DNA of 64,000 nt from Chiloscyllium plagiosum (GCF_004010195.1 NC_057718.1:35668235-35732234), one strand, 5' to 3'. Counted from the stretch's first letter, positions 38,537-53,005 are shown. Numbers and translations are program-made. The notes: generated by a model from the letters alone, not told the origin.

Positions 38537-38664
38537 TGTAACAACTCTCACAGGGCCGGCCTATGCTTGAGTTCTGGGTTTGATGAAGTACTCCTCCAAC
38601 TGGACCATTCACCATAGCAGGCTTACCGTTAACACCTGATATCTGATTGGGATTAGGTTTATTG
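38537..38664 (-). CDS. MTA3: MTA3 coding exon (linker + first CxxC of GATA-type zinc finger), 128 nt
   Basis: tgtag|(Y)[42 protein letters not shown]+A|gtgagt; phase 2-1 fits both neighbours. Confidence 0.95.
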
Positions 38665-39084
38665 CTACATTGAAGAGAAAGAAAAAACACATTCAATTAT
38701 TGTAGGCAAACAGTATGACAAAAATTGGTTCTTTAAAAATTACAAGAACAAAAAAGCCAATAAAACACATTTTTGGAGCCACATGCAGCAACTGTTTGAA
38801 ATATGCTCAGCATTAATTTCCTGTAAAATGTCACATTTTTATAAAAGTAATGTCAAAATAGTAAACATTAAACTTCAAGGAATTTAATATTTTTGCAGTT
38901 TTGAGACTCATATATGCTTAGCCTAACTCTCAGAAGAATTTCTCATCGGTACAAATAAAACATGTTTTTGTCATCTTCTGCAACAACTTGGCACTCATGC
39001 TGCATCAGAAGATGTGTTTGAATGGGTGATGCAAGCTATGGAAAAGCCTTCACATTTTTACCAAGCAATAGTGCACAAGTATGA

Positions 39085-39272
39085 ACAGAAAATGCAGAAA
39101 ATACTCAACAAGTCTGGCAGCATCAGTAGAGGGAAAGACAATGATAATATTTCAGGTTGATGAAACTTAAGTATCAACTATCGTTATACAGATGCTACTC
39201 GACTGGTTGGCTATTTCCAGCATTTCCTGCTTTTATTTCAGATCTCCAGCACACACAGTATTTTGCTTTTGC
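39085..39272. mobile_element. Old fold-back PLE-derived mini element
   Basis: gaaaatgc..gaaatactcaacaagtctggcagcatc mirrored by gatgctactcgactggttggctatttccagcatttcctg, plus tail tcagatctccagca...tttgcttttg. Confidence 0.55.
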
Positions 39273-40499
39273 ATTATAGTGGAAGATTCAGTTTGACAAA
39301 AGTATTGTTGATGGAAAATTAAACAGAGCAAATCCTAAATTACACACAACGATACTCGGAACGCAAAAGTGGACTACAATGGGCTGGATCTAATGCAGCC
39401 CTTCATATAGGGAACCTTGTCAGTTTTTCAGCAGTGGGAGAGTTTTCCTCGATAAATCAGAGGATAGAAGGACCGAAGCCAACAGCAGGATGTTAATAAG
39501 GATCATGAATGAGTTAAACAATACCCATTATTCCAATGTCAATGCAATTTAGTGGTGCCTTAGGGATTTAACAGAAGCCACATGACTTTCCCACCATTGA
39601 AAGACTAATCAGCAAACCCTTTTGACTTTGTGCTGGACTGAGGGAGCCAGTGTTGGAAAATGGAGAGGACATTTGCTGCTGTAATCCTTATCAATAAATT
39701 TATCATATCCTGTCTGAATGCTCAACCTCTACTCTCTAAAATTCTTTTATCTGCATCATACTCCATACCAAGTCTTAATCCTCAATCATGCAGCCCAGAC
39801 TTTGCCAATTTACAGCAGCATCTGGTTCCTAAAGCTTCCAATTAAGTATCTGAACTTCATGTTTAAATCCCATTGTAACATCATCCTTTTATTAACTGTG
39901 TATGAAACTGTTTACACCCTCCATCTCTACTTAGACCCTCCAACCTTACAATCCTCTCATTCACCAGAACTATACAGAAACAACTAAATATTCCCACAAC
40001 TCTGGCTACTCTGACAACCATGACTTCAGCCATCTCGGTTCTACACTTTGATAGTCCTTCCCCAAATCTCTCCAGCCACCTTTTCCCCTTCATGATCTTC
40101 CTTGAAATATATCTCTTTAACAAAACTTTTGGTTCATCCTTCCTAATTTCTTTTTCCTTCCATTTTTGTCTGCTTAAGCCTCTGTGAATCACCTTGCAGT
40201 TATAGAACTGTAGCACACTGAAGTAAAATCGATACTATAGTGATCCAAGTTCTATTTCGAGGTATCACTTAAGAAAATAAATCACCATTTTGGGGTGATT
40301 CATCCTGATTAATCAAAACTGGGATTCCCACAGTTAAAAATACCATCAAGTTCGAAACATGATTTTGCATTTGCTCTGGCAAATTGACATGACCACCTGT
40401 CTCCTTGTCACAACACTCGGTTAGATTACAGTATTCTCTTGTATGTGCATAAAGTGATCCCAAGATATAGTTTTCAAAAGCTCAGAATATGCCACAAGA

Positions 40500-42060
40500 T
40501 CTGTCCTCCAGGTTTGCAAAGAGCAGAGCTGCATTGGGAAAATACTTTAAAAAGCAATGGGCAATCTTTAAAGAATTAATACATGGCTTACAGTAACTAT
40601 ACATTTCTGCAAGGTGCAATTATTCAAAACAAAGTAGTCAACTGTGGCTGATAAAGGAAGTTAGGACTATTAATGATAAAAAGTAAAGTCTTATAAAGTG
40701 GCCAGAAATATTAAAAAATCTGAATACTGGGAAGTTTTTAAGAATACAAAAGAGGAGAACCAAGAAACCAATAAGAAAGAATGCAAACAAACAAAAATAG
40801 TCCAAAATGGACTGTAAAAGTTTTTACAGCTATGTTTAAAGGAAAGATTTGGCTATGGTGAATGTGGATCCATTAAAAGAAGAAACTGGTGAGGTTATAA
40901 CAGGGAATAGAGAAATGGCGGCAAAGCTAAATTATTTTTTTTGCATCTGTTTTTACTGTAGAAGTTACAAGAAAGCTTCCAGAATTACAGATCCAAGTGA
41001 CGAGGGTGAATCAGGATTGTAGGGAAAGAATCAGACAGAAGGTTGCACTGGAGAAAACAGTGGTGCTGAAAGTTGACAGGACCACTGGACTGGCGAGTCC
41101 ACATCCAAGAGAGGAGGAGGTGACTATAGAGAAGGCCATGCATTACTAATCAACTTCCAAAATTCCATAGATTCTAAAACGATTCCTGCAGAAGCTTTTA
41201 AATAGTGTAGTAATATTTGCAAGAGCAAGAGTAACAGAGGGATCTAAAGAAACATCTGCCTTACATCAATAGTAAGGACAATGTAGGAATCAATCACACA
41301 ATAAGTGACAAATGGATATTTGGTTAAAAACAACCTAATCAGGCATTGATAGCATCGACTTGCAAATGGAAAATTGGATGGATGGATGTTACAAACAAAA
41401 TTGATAAAAGTAAGCCAATTGATGTTGAATAGTTAAGATTTTTAGAAGATTTTAAAGAAGCTCTCCCACAGGAGACTGGTTACCAAAATTAAAGCACATG
41501 GTACAGGAGGCAATGTACTAGCATGGATTAAGGATTGATCCATCAGAAAGAAAACAAAGAATAGGAATAAATGGATCATTTTGGCAGACTGTGACCAGTG
41601 GGATACGGCAAGGATCAGTACTTGGGCACCAGCTGTTCCCAATATCTATCAATGATTTGGAGATTTGGAAAGGCTAGGTTTGTATTCCTGGAGTTAAAAA
41701 CTAAAAGGCAACTCGAAAGAAAGATATAAAATTCTGAGGGATGTTTCCATTTATGGTAGAATTTAGAACTAGAGCGCACTATCTAAAATGATTTGCTCAT
41801 TTGAAACAGTGATAGAAGAGAAAATTTCTCTCAGAGGGTTGAGTGTCTTGTAACGGTCTTTCTGAAAGGTAGTGGACGCAGAGTCCTTAAATATTTTTAA
41901 GGCCGAGGTAGATAAATTCTTGTTAAGCAAGAGGTTGACAAATTATCAGGGATAGGTAGAAATGTGAATTTGAGATTACAATCAGATCAGAGATGATCTA
42001 CTGAATGGCAGAGCAAGCTTGAGGGGTGAATGGCCTACTCATGGTCCTGATTTGTACGTA
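40500..42060 (+). mobile_element. Decayed CR1 LINE
   Basis: Remnants of MAAKLNYFFASVFT, KIKAHGTGGNVLAWIKD, GSVLGHQLF and a CR1 3' UTR. Confidence 0.75.
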
Positions 42061-44384
42061 ATGTCCTGAGTGACCCACTGAACCCTTGCAATAGGCCCAG
42101 CCCCTATTGCTGGGCAGTATTAATATAACTAATATTTTGGAATAGTCAAACATAGCAAACCCCATTAAAACACTGTTAAATGTTATGACTTTTCACAGAA
42201 TGCTGACTATGGCACTAACTGCACAACAAAATAAAACAAATTCATCACAAGGTGTTGATACAGCAGCAAGGGGTGGTTTAATGAGTGACAGTACATTTGG
42301 GGTGGCATTCTGTGATGGGGATGGGGACATTTCTGATGCAAAGAGTTGGTGCTTAGCCTTGAGTGTCACAATACCAATTCTTGCCATAAAGGGTACTGTC
42401 AATTAAAGACAGTTTGCTTAAGTTACATGGTTGATATCAATGCACGTTCATGTGAGTTCTAGAGCAGAATCTTACTTAGTACTCATTAAACTTGGTACTG
42501 GATGGAGAATTCCCAAAAACCCAGCACCTTCCTCTGAAACTATGTGTTGACTTCCTGTGACCAATTCTAAAAATGACTGACAGCTTAACTTTAACTTGCT
42601 TGAAAAGCCAACACTAGACACTTTCCCAACAGAGAACCCTGTTAAAATAAGTCTTCTGCTGAGCAAAATGATTGTGTTAAGGTTTCCCACAAAACATGAA
42701 GACAAATTTATCACTGAGCAAGCCATAAACCAAAGTACAAGAGGAGGTGATATGAAAATCTATTACCAGGAAATACTCCCAATACTTGATTTATACCTTA
42801 AAAGAAATCTTAAATTGAAAACTGTAATTGAAATAGAACAAATTTCACAAAGTCGAGTTGCTCAAACTTTGAACAGAATTAAACTATATATCCTAAAAAC
42901 AAGTGTTCTTCTATATCCATTAATAACAGAACTGAAAGTTGAAAAAATGTTATCAAACTTTGGGTGAACTGTTAAAAGTCGGCTCACTGGTAACATACTT
43001 AGTTTACAATGATAACATAGCGTTTCTAACATGTAAAACGTGACAATGCGCTTTACAGAAATGAACGTAAGGACACCTTAAAAAGAAGCAAGAGGTAAAG
43101 AGCAGAAAGGTTTATGGATAGAATTCCACAGCTGTGAGCCTCTGCATCTGATAGCACAGTTGACCTGAAATTCAGGAATGTTGAACAGGACAGAATTGGA
43201 GCAGTGAAAATATCTCGGAGGATGTGAAATAGGAGGAGAATACAGAGACTTTTTTTCATTTTTCTTGAGATGTCAGTGTTGGTGACAAGTATTTATTGCC
43301 CATCAATGTTTGCCCTTGAACTGAATGAATACTTCAAGGGACAGTTATGTGTCAATCAATGCTTAATAAAACATAAAATACACTGAATAACCAAGCTGTT
43401 GATCAGAAACTGAACATGGTTCTTTGTATAAATGAACATGGAAGGGGCAACAGGTATGATTATCCAACAAGATTATACATTCTGCTGTCAGCAGCTTTGA
43501 AAGTGAAGGGAATGGGGAGATATGTCAAATCCACAAAGTGCTTCTGTGTTACTTACCTATCCATCCTTGTCCTCATTGCATGTTTGTCAGCAGCAGGGGT
43601 AGTAATGAGCAGTTTGTGTTCAAGGGGCAAATTGGGACCTTTTGGTTGTCGATTAATGTCTATTTAACAGCCTTTTCCCACTAGTGACAGAATTTAATAG
43701 GTGCTGGGGAGACCTATGCCTGCCTTCCTGCCCCGCAGTTTTGTCTGTGTTGGCTGCTGACAAGCAAAGGGGCTCCCTGGGGACACACGGACAAGGCCCT
43801 CCCAAAGTGTAATCACACACACAAGTTTTCTTCTTCCCATGTCTGTCAAACTTCCGCGCTCCTCAACCCCTCTGCTGGGGTCATCAAACATTCACAAAAT
43901 CACAATCCAGTGTATCTCACATTTTCAAGTTGTGTGCAAAACTGAAATTGGTCACCATTCCCAGTAGCACTGCCAATATTGGAGAGCTCTGGCTACTGAT
44001 TGGCCTGCAGCTCTTACAGGTGGAACTTGTGTTTCCTGAAGAGCAAAAGGCCTGTGTCCAGTCTGCTAATGGGCAATTATTAATTGCAGAAGAATCAATA
44101 TTCTCCTAACTGAGCTCACCCCCACATTTTTGAAGTGTGGGATAAGGGCCATGTCATGCTGTAGGTTTATATCCATAATATATACAACTCAAAAGAAAAA
44201 TATCCTTAGGTTACTTTCCCAGACAAATGTGCGAAGATAAATCTTTTTTAATATATAAGTGAGACAGTCCATTTTGACTTTCCATAAATATTGTGATCCA
44301 TGTTATAATCTTCTGACCTAGAAAATACTTCTCTGTTATGAAATGCTAAGTGTTAGAATTGAAAGGTGGTTTAAAGGCACTTAC

Positions 44385-44443
44385 TATGTTGGGATGTACA
44401 CCTGTTTCAATTTGCTCTCTGCCTCAGCAGCCTTAAGACGTTT
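44385..44443 (-). CDS. MTA3: MTA3 coding exon, 59 nt
   Basis: ttttag|KRLKAAEAESKLKQVYIPT+TA|gtaagt; phase 0-2; IPTY is the MTA3-type residue. Confidence 0.95.
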
Positions 44444-44699
44444 CTAAAAATAAACAAAGTAAAATTATCGGACAAAATCATCCTAACAGCATTACTTGTG
44501 CCATCCAATTTTCTGTTAAGTTGCTTTATTTTTCTTGATATGACCATATGAATAATTGAATGATGTGTTACTTTATTTGGAAACACAGTGAAATTAACCA
44601 CTATTTGCTCTTGATTTCATGTTTAAATGACAAAATCAGACTTTAATACCATAGCACCCCATCGACATTTATTTAAAAGTTCATTTAGAACTTACGTAA

Positions 44700-45020
44700 C
44701 AGGAGCAACTCACCAAGGCTGCTTCAACAGCACTCTCTAAACCTGTGATTAATACCATTCAGAAAAACAAGTGCATCAGTGATAGGAACATCAGCACTAC
44801 AGGTTCCACCACAAGTCACACCCCATCCTGATTTGGAAATATCTAGCTAACCCTTCCCTGGCATTGCATCAAAATTCTGAAACAATCAGCTTTACAACAA
44901 CTGTAGGTGGACCTACACCACAGAGATTGCAGGGGTCCAAAACGCCAGCTCACCATCACCTTGTCACGATTAGTCACACAGGCAATATATGTTGGGCCTA
45001 TCAAAAAAGCCCAAGGCCCA
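44700..45020 (+). repeat. Non-LTR retroelement 3' end, unclassified; second copy at 52560-53005
   Basis: Both copies share ttggaaatat...caaaat.ctg...cagctcacca.cacctt...gcaata.at..tgg.cct. Confidence 0.6.
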
Positions 45021-45878
45021 CAAATTAACTTTTAAAAGTGTAGTCATTTGTTATGACAGGCTGCAACAGTACTTGTTCACTGCACAGAACATTTTAAAAG
45101 AAAAACAATTTCAGTGAACGCTGACTAACTGTCTGCCTCATCCGTCTATTTCCAATGCAGTCCTCTGAATGAAATGTCTTGGACATTTCAGGTACAAAAT
45201 AATGAACTATGACCAGTTTACATTTTTGTTTATGTCTTTTTCTACATCACAAAGTGGAATTTAGCAGAGGGTTATAAAAGACCGATTTCATAAATATGTG
45301 GATGCCTGCTCTAAGTACATATTATGAAATCATGAGTTGGTTTTTCCCAATGATTCTCTTCATTAAAAATGAGTGGGAGCATGATGCTGGTCCGAAACCT
45401 GCACCAACGAACCTGACACACAACAACAAGGCAACTCTGTGCCATGATGTGTAGAACTCTTGAACATTATGAGTCAGAATAATTAGTAATTTTACATTTG
45501 GAAATAATAAGCAATGACTTTTTAAAACTTGAGCTGCCTAAAATAAAATGAATAGCGACATCACAACCAATATTATCCTCAGCAAGCTATTACATAAATA
45601 TGGATCCTGCAGATGGATTATTTTGCAAGGATGAAATTGCTGGAATTGTAATCATCACTTGTTTGGTCAGTTGCATAACCTTTTCATACCATTTTTTAAA
45701 AACTTGATAATTATAATTTCCTCTTGGACATTTTAAATTTGCATTCACCAGTTTCATTTAATATAACATACTTTTTCTTATCGAAGACAGTGAGCTTATC
45801 ACATATTTAAACAAATTAGCAATTTAGAAATATACAAACAATTTAAAAAATAATCACAAATCTAAGTAATGTTCTTAC

Positions 45879-45953
45879 TTGTTGTACATATCTATCCGTA
45901 GTTTTCCACATGTAATAGTACTCTATGATGCTAGTGAGTGATTTCCATGGTAG
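45879..45953 (-). CDS. MTA3: MTA3 coding exon (SANT), 75 nt
   Basis: ttaacag|[25 protein letters not shown]|gtaag; highly conserved MTA-family peptide, phase 0-0. Confidence 0.96.
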
Positions 45954-46199
45954 CTGTTAAAAATTGATAAATACATTAAGTGATAAACCTGGTAAAAGTC
46001 AATATGGTCAAATAGCTTCATAACATTTTAAAACATATTTGTTTCGTAGTTTAAAACAAACTTTTCAAGATCAATACATAGTAATTAATTCTTTGCATAT
46101 TTACATAATAAAACATGCATATTATCAAGTGTGAGAAATGAAATAGTAATATTTGACATGCACAGTTTAAAATAAACTCAATCTAAAATGCAAATGGCC

Positions 46200-47260
46200 T
46201 GAAACATATAGCACACCAGCATCTGTAAATTCATGAAAAAGGTTCTTGTTTGGAGAAAACGCTGGAGAATATGTAATGATGTCAACTGGTACAACAATGA
46301 ATGAACATGAGAATAATAGCACAAAGATCATGTAAAAAGCTATAATTATAAAGGGATAGAATAGCCAAGGATGAAAAAGGTAAGCAAATAGAAGCTGGCA
46401 TAACAGACGATGCTGGTTATGAAGTAGCCTCTTCGCTAAACTCAATTGTTTGCTCGCAGACACGGGAGGTAGGCACATGACTGAAACACAATAATACATT
46501 TGAGGACTTGTCAGAGTAATAGAAGGTATTAGAGAACGTGTGATGAGAAAGGATGAAAGGGTCCAAAGTGGGTACTTTGAGAAAGATGATCACAACCAGT
46601 GTTGTGCAGCAGCTGCAGGCAATGTCACAGGACAGATATAAGTACAATATCAGCTAGGAAGGAAGTTGGATGAAAAGTAGGGCAAAAGATCAGGTAGTGG
46701 CTGCAAGATGAACTTGATAAAGCCAGAAGATTTAAAAAAATGGAGTCCACATTAGATAGGCTGAAACTTTGAAAAAAGGGAGGGGCATGTGAATAGAATC
46801 AAATAGGTAAAGTGAGAGTATGTGTGGTCTTCTTTAATGCTCGGTGTGGAATCCACAGGCTGATCACATTTAGACTACAAAGAAAGGATGGAGGGAACAA
46901 ATGTAGGCATAAAGATAGCTTTTAAAAGTGTATTGGAACTTAGGGCTTTTTCTATTCTTCAATGATAATTTTGGAATAGTTGACAGCATGTTATCATTAA
47001 GAAAGAATGGTCCTAAATCTTGGGATTCAGGTGAGATGAAGTTCAAAATTATGCTGGCTAGATATTTACTACATTTGAATTGACAAAGTTGATGTTGTAA
47101 GGATAGAGGAAATAGACAAGTAAACTTTGTTTTGTGAAATACTGAGAATAAAACCTTAAAAGATAAAGACAAATGACAAACTGATCAGCAAAGCTGTCCA
47201 TGAAATGGAAGATGACAACAAATTGAAAAACTTCTAAACTTCACAGAGTTAGATGGTAAT
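46200..47260 (-). mobile_element. Old L2-like LINE fragment
   Basis: Minus ORF ...LKVPTLDPFILSHH... ~ KKPTLDPSILSNYRP; purine-rich plus strand typical of antisense L2. Confidence 0.45.
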
Positions 47261-47966
47261 TCATTGAATGAAATCATGTGAAAATGAAGACATGGTCTTT
47301 CAAGAACATCTATCCAAGAAACAAGTCATACAATATTCTAATCAGTAACAGAACTCTCAAAGCAATTTATGACCAGAAAAAAGGGGGGGGGACTGATACT
47401 TGGGTACAATATTTTAGGAAGGAAATGTTGGCCATGGAGGGAATGTAACATTTAACAGGACCCCCAGAATTAAAAGGTGAGATTACATAAAATACATTAA
47501 TGCTCCCAAGATTTTAGAAAGTTGTGAGGTAAACTGAGTAGAAGTCTCAAATATATTAATGGAAACAGTTTCTCTCTATTCACAGTGACTATTTACACTG
47601 GTTGGAGACCCTGGTACTAGGATACTAGAAATTTAGGACCAGACCTTTCAGAAGCAAAATTAGCAAACACTTCTACACAAGAATTGTGGAAGTTTGGAAC
47701 CTTTCTATAAATGACAATTGATGCCAGTTCAATTGTGAATTTTAGATTTGAGATTAATCAGTTTTTTTCTACCTGAATTATTAAAGAATATAGGGTAACG
47801 AGAAGAATGCAGTGATCTCTCAATAGCAGACACACTTATCTGTAGAATCCTTCAAGTAATTAGAAGTTGAATGAAAAGTTGATCTTTAGAATCCCAATTC
47901 TATAGTGCTGCCCAAACTCTCTCAATGTATTAACAATCTGTAGAATTAAAGATCTGATGTGCTTAC

Positions 47967-48155
47967 AAAGTCTTGTCGTATGTCATTAAAATCCTTGCCA
48001 TATTTTTCCAATGCCTCTTCAAAAAGGCTAGCTTCAGATGCTGACCATTCTTCCATCTCATCTCTGCAGAGAACCGGACCACCCTGAGGTACCAAGATGC
48101 TGATTGCATTTGTCAAGTCATAGTTGTGCTTGTGCAACGTATCCATTGCATGGAA
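47967..48155 (-). CDS. MTA3: MTA3 coding exon (ELM2 end / SANT), 189 nt
   Basis: Acceptor ttag| and donor |gtaag. Translates [69 protein letters not shown] and FNDIRQDF match MTA3 rather than MTA1 (ANLFEE, FTDIQQDF), from recalled human sequences. Confidence 0.95.
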
Positions 48156-48651
48156 CTAATGGAAGTAAACAAAATGTTTAAGTATATGCTGTAATTGGTG
48201 CAAAAGGAGGAGCTTCACAATTCATAGTAAAATCATTTTGTCAAATTTAAGATTAGAACATAAGACTATGAGAAATAGGGACAGGAGTAGACGATTCAGC
48301 CCCTTGAGGGAGGCTGGTGCCTGTCAGAAGCAAGGCAGGGAAGTGCCCTGCAGATGCAGCAGGGCAAGTCCTGCACCTGATTATTGCTTCCCATTTCTTA
48401 ACATGGCTTTCTCTTCGCATCACCATAGGTAGCATTTATATGAATCATAACTGATTAAAAGTCTGGTATGTGGTTAAGGCTCTTTGCTAAGTTCCTTGAG
48501 CACAGGGCAAAGTTTAGGCTCAAGTCATTCATCCAGGTTCAAGAACAAATAAAATTTTCAAAAAAATTCTAACATTTGAGACAGACAGACTTCCAAAGTG
48601 AAGTTCACAGAGATATCTCAAAGACATGAAAGACAACAACATAGACCAGAA

Positions 48652-48862
48652 ACTAAAACAGAAATTGCTGGCGAAATTCATCAGGCATTGCTGGCAAAGT
48701 TCAGCAGGCCTGGCAGTATCTGTGGAGAGAAAGCAGAGTTAACATTTTGATTCCAGTGATTCTTTAACAGAACTGATGAGTTTTGATCAATTTAAAATCT
48801 GCTGAGTTTTGCCAACAATTTCTATGTTTGTTTCGGATCTCTAGCATCCGCAATTCTTTATT
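48652..48862. mobile_element. Old fold-back PLE-derived mini element
   Basis: aaaacagaaattgctggcgaaattca mirrored by tgagttttgccaacaatttctatgttt, plus tail cggatctctagcatccgcaattcttt. Internal ctgatga at 48773. Confidence 0.55.
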
Positions 48863-50554
48863 TTACAACAATGTTGACCAGTTTACTTATATCATTTATG
48901 AAATATTTGATTTTCACCTCTGTCTTTGCCCTTTCAACTGTTACAATGAATTTTAACCTACATTTGAGAAACAGAACCTCACTATTCCATTTAATACTTT
49001 GCAGCTCTCTGGTTGTAACACCGACTAAGTCAATTTCAAACAAAATTACAGTTTCTGTTTCCTCTTTGAGGCAGTAGGTGAGATGGATGATTATGTTGTT
49101 GTTTCAAGAGATGAGGAAAGGAAATTGTTTGATGTTCAAGGTGCAAACTCAAGGTAGAACACTGATGGTAGACTGATCTGCACTATAGTGTCTGGTTCTT
49201 CCAGATTGCTAGGTCACTGGAGTGTGCTGCATTTTCCAATTTATCCACACTTCCTTTTCTATCTACTCTCCTTCAGTTACTCATTCACCAGCATTTCCTA
49301 AGTGTTTTCCCTCTGTGATTCCATTTTGAAAACTGGTGTGGCCCCTCAGCCAGAACAGTTATAGCCAAAGATCATAGTTTCATGGCAACCATTGCTGCCT
49401 CAAAGCATGCAATTCCAAAATTTCAGCTCGCGACAACATTTGAGGTCTTAACACCACTTTATAAAGCCCTGCTGTATATTGCTAATGTTAAATACATGCA
49501 CTTGATAGCTTTCATTACTTTTTCTCATCATATCTCTTTTTGTCTTCTGCTAAAAGAAGACTGGTAATAGTTGTTAAATGATTAATGAACAATCTGGGTA
49601 CATAATGGGAGAATAGCTAGAATTGGGGAGAGAGGAGTACGACTGTTTTTCAGTCAATCAGTTCTGCATCTATGAGAAACCTTGTATCTTTATTCCTAGT
49701 CTACCTGAAAGCTTGGATCAAGTTCACAATACCACTTCATCATTTCACCATCTCTGGTTGATCTATTTCTTTTCCTATCGGTGTTTTTATTTCTTTTCAT
49801 TCCTTTTGCTGTTTTTTTTGCCTAAAGGTTGCTAATTTGTAACATCTACCCTTGAAGGAGGACCTTTTGCTTTTCCACAGATGCTGTTCGACCTGCTTTG
49901 ATTATTTCCAGTTTTTAAAAACTCTTTATTTGTTTTCTGACAACTTGACTGATTATCAAAGCACTAACCAAAATAAAATCTGTCTAACTTTGACTTTTGT
50001 GAAAAGTACATAATGCATATTAGAACCATTGTTTTGCACAAGCTATTTAAGTTCAATGTTAGGTGAAAAAAAGTGAATTCAATGAATATTAATTTGAAAG
50101 GACATTCAAAAGTCAATTCTATAATAAAATATGCACACATTAACTTGACCTTTGAAAATTATATTAAGAGTATCTTAGCCAAGTTCATTCTTTTGAATGA
50201 AAGAATGTGAGATAAATTTTATGTTTCATAAATTGGAGTGGGTCACTTGATATCTCAAATGAATAGTCCTCTGACAAAAGATACAAGGGAAAGCAGAAAT
50301 TGGTTAGTATTTGAAGAAACCAATTTGTTATTTTCCCTTCTCCCTAATCAATTATAGAAAGTCATGAGAAGTAAGTGTCACACCCTTTCAAAGTGCCACT
50401 AACACTAAATTCATCATGTACAAAAATAAACATTTTTAGCTTTGTTCAATGTGACGGTAAGTGAATAACATACCTTTAGGAATTAATTTACAGATAACAC
50501 TATAAGTAGTCATCACATTTCTTTTAATGCGTTCAATGCAACATTAGGACAATT

Positions 50555-50750
50555 AACACTTTCCAAAGGGGTCTGATGTTCAATACCGAAAGAGGAGATG
50601 AAGTTGCAGTTTGGTATCTATCCATAAGATGGCATATCTGGCAGTACGGAACTGAAGTGGGAACATGCATTTTCTATTCAATTTTCTGAAATGGGGCTTA
50701 AACCCACAATGTGTAGACTTAGGGGTGAGTGTGCTACACTATGCTAAATG
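50555..50750 (-). mobile_element. Degenerate tRNA-derived Deu-domain-like SINE
   Basis: aagatggcatatctggcagtac...ggggcttaaacccacaa...gtgtgctac resembles a reverse-complement DeuSINE head and core. Confidence 0.45.
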
Positions 50751-50964
50751 GAGACCCAGTCTTCTTTACACACGAACCAAATTCAAGTCGAACAAGAGAT
50801 TAGTTAAAACTAGCATCGCATCGACCACAAGTAAGAAATGCTTATGCCTTGCATAACTTTACCATATACCCTTGATTCAGAACTCCCTCTTCCTGATAGC
50901 AAAAGTCCAATAAAATCAAATGATAGAATGAGTCATATCATTAAGACTCTGGCAAGTTTTTAAA

Positions 50965-51535
50965 TGCATGCCACTGAAAGAGGCAAGGAAGGTGATTGCT
51001 AGTGCCATGACAGAGATCTCTGTATCTTCTTTAGCCATAGGCAAAGTCACAGAAGACTGAAGAGTAGCCAATAGTGTTTCGTTGTTTAAGGTTAACAGGG
51101 ATAATCCAAAAAATTTTACACCAATGAACCTTACATAAATGGTAGGGATGTTTCTTAGGGACAAGATTTACTCATTTGGGGAAGACTTATTAGGGATAGT
51201 TAGCACAGATTTATGTGGGGGAGATCCTGTCTCACAAACCTGATTGAGTTTTTTGAATAAGTAACGAAGATTGTAAATCGGTGTATGGCAATGGATGTTG
51301 TTTACATGGACTTTACTAAAGCATGTGACAAGGTGCCTCATTGTAGGCTGGTCCAGATGGTTTAAGTCACATCGCATCCATGGTAAGTTGGCAAGTTGGA
51401 TACAAAATTGGCTTGGTCATAAAGAACAAAGGGTAGTTATGGACGACTTTCTGACTGAAGGTACATGACCAGTGGTGTTCCTTAAGAATCAGTGCCGTGA
51501 CCTTTGTTGTTTGTAATATATATAATGATTTAGAT
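50965..51535 (+). mobile_element. CR1 RT fragment
   Basis: EARKVIASAM, EDxRVANSVSLFK, atggatgttgtttacatggacttt = MDVVYMDF. Confidence 0.8.
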
Positions 51536-52559
51536 TTAGAACAATTTAAATTGTTCCCTGTTAATGACATGTTGCAGTAGAAAGCTTGGTTGCTTCAGAA
51601 GGTGCTGGACATAAATAGACTTTTTAAAATATTCATCAATTGACAGGGAACATTTGTTTATCCTCACTTCAACAATGAATTCAGCAAGATAGGTCTGCCT
51701 TTATTCAAGAAGATTTTCCAACGCCCTCTTCCCCCAAGTAAATGGTACGAGATTCATGCATCCAACCCAGTTGTTTGTTCAAAGTTATTTTTCAAATCAC
51801 TCCATTCTGATAGACCCAGTTAAGTACACCACTGTTATTCTTGGAATTCTATTTGCTATTTATTTTCATTAATCTGCCTGGACTTCACATCAACTAACTC
51901 AGAGCATCACAACCCAATATCCTTTCACAGCATGGCTAAGCATAAAAAATAAAATGACAAATTCACTGATTTTTGTTGACTGAAGTCCCCCAATAGCAAG
52001 ACGTCAGCTAGCAAAACTCCTGTGCAACAAAAAGTCCTGTGACAAATTAATAACTAGTTGCTGTAAAATAGAAGAGGCAGATATTTCTGCTTCTGTGCTC
52101 ATCAATTGTGAACTTCTTTTCAATAAATTTAATAGGTAGAAAAACATGAGGTCTGGCAAGCATAAAGGCAAAACTATAACTATGATTATTTTCTTCTTTT
52201 GCACAGCTGGAAGAGATACATAATTGTTTCTGATAACAAGTGAATTCAAACATTTCCATTACACTCTGCTCAGATACAGAATTTCTCCTATTGAAAGAAA
52301 ATGTTAGTTTCTATCTTGTATGTGTTTTAGGTCTGGCTGTACAGTCAAGAATCAATATTTAACAAAAAGAGCAATCTCTTCTGCTTACTCCATAGTCTGA
52401 TGCCACAAGTCTCACCCATCTTGATGCTTTACATAAGGATAAATATAACTCTATATATACAAAACAAATTAAAGCTGTTTTCTCAAGGCTTAACAAGCAT
52501 TTCCAAAGCCAAAACACTCTGAGAAATAGAAAATAAGTCATAAACATTTGCACCACACA

Positions 52560-53005
52560 GAAAACAGCTCCAACAACACTCAAGAGCTTTACACCATCCA
52601 GGACAAAGCAGCCTATTTGATTGGCATCACATCCATAAACATTGTTCAGTAGCAACAGTAAGTACAATGCATGACATATCTTCAGCAAAGATCCTTAGAC
52701 AGTATTGTCCAAACCTACGATTACTTCTAACAAAGAGGACAAGAGCAGCAGATCCATAGGAACATCACCACCTGAAGTTCCACTCCAAGCTGCACACCAT
52801 CATGACTTGGAAATATATTTCTGTTCCTTCAATATCACTGGGTCAAAATCCTGGAAATTCTTCCCAAATGGCAATGTAGGGTTTTCTACTTCATATGGAC
52901 CGCAGTGGTTCAAGAAGGTAGCTCACCACCTTCTCGGGGCAACCAGGGATGAGCAATAAATACTGGCCTAGCCTGTGACACCTACATCCCATGAATGAAT
53001 AGAAA
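52560..53005 (+). repeat. Non-LTR retroelement 3' end, same family as 44700-45020
   Basis: ggaccgcagtggttcaagaaggtagctcaccaccttctc...gcaataaatactggcc...(tgaa)n tail. Confidence 0.6.

Noticed and set aside
42185-42967. Cluster of overlapping short ORFs in apparently unique sequence
   Set aside because: No recognisable motif, no phase-compatible splice pair, and flanking MTA3 exons join without it.
43500-43680. Donor-like ataggtaagt on the minus strand and possible conserved non-coding element
   Set aside because: No convincing acceptor or frame; conservation cannot be judged without alignments.
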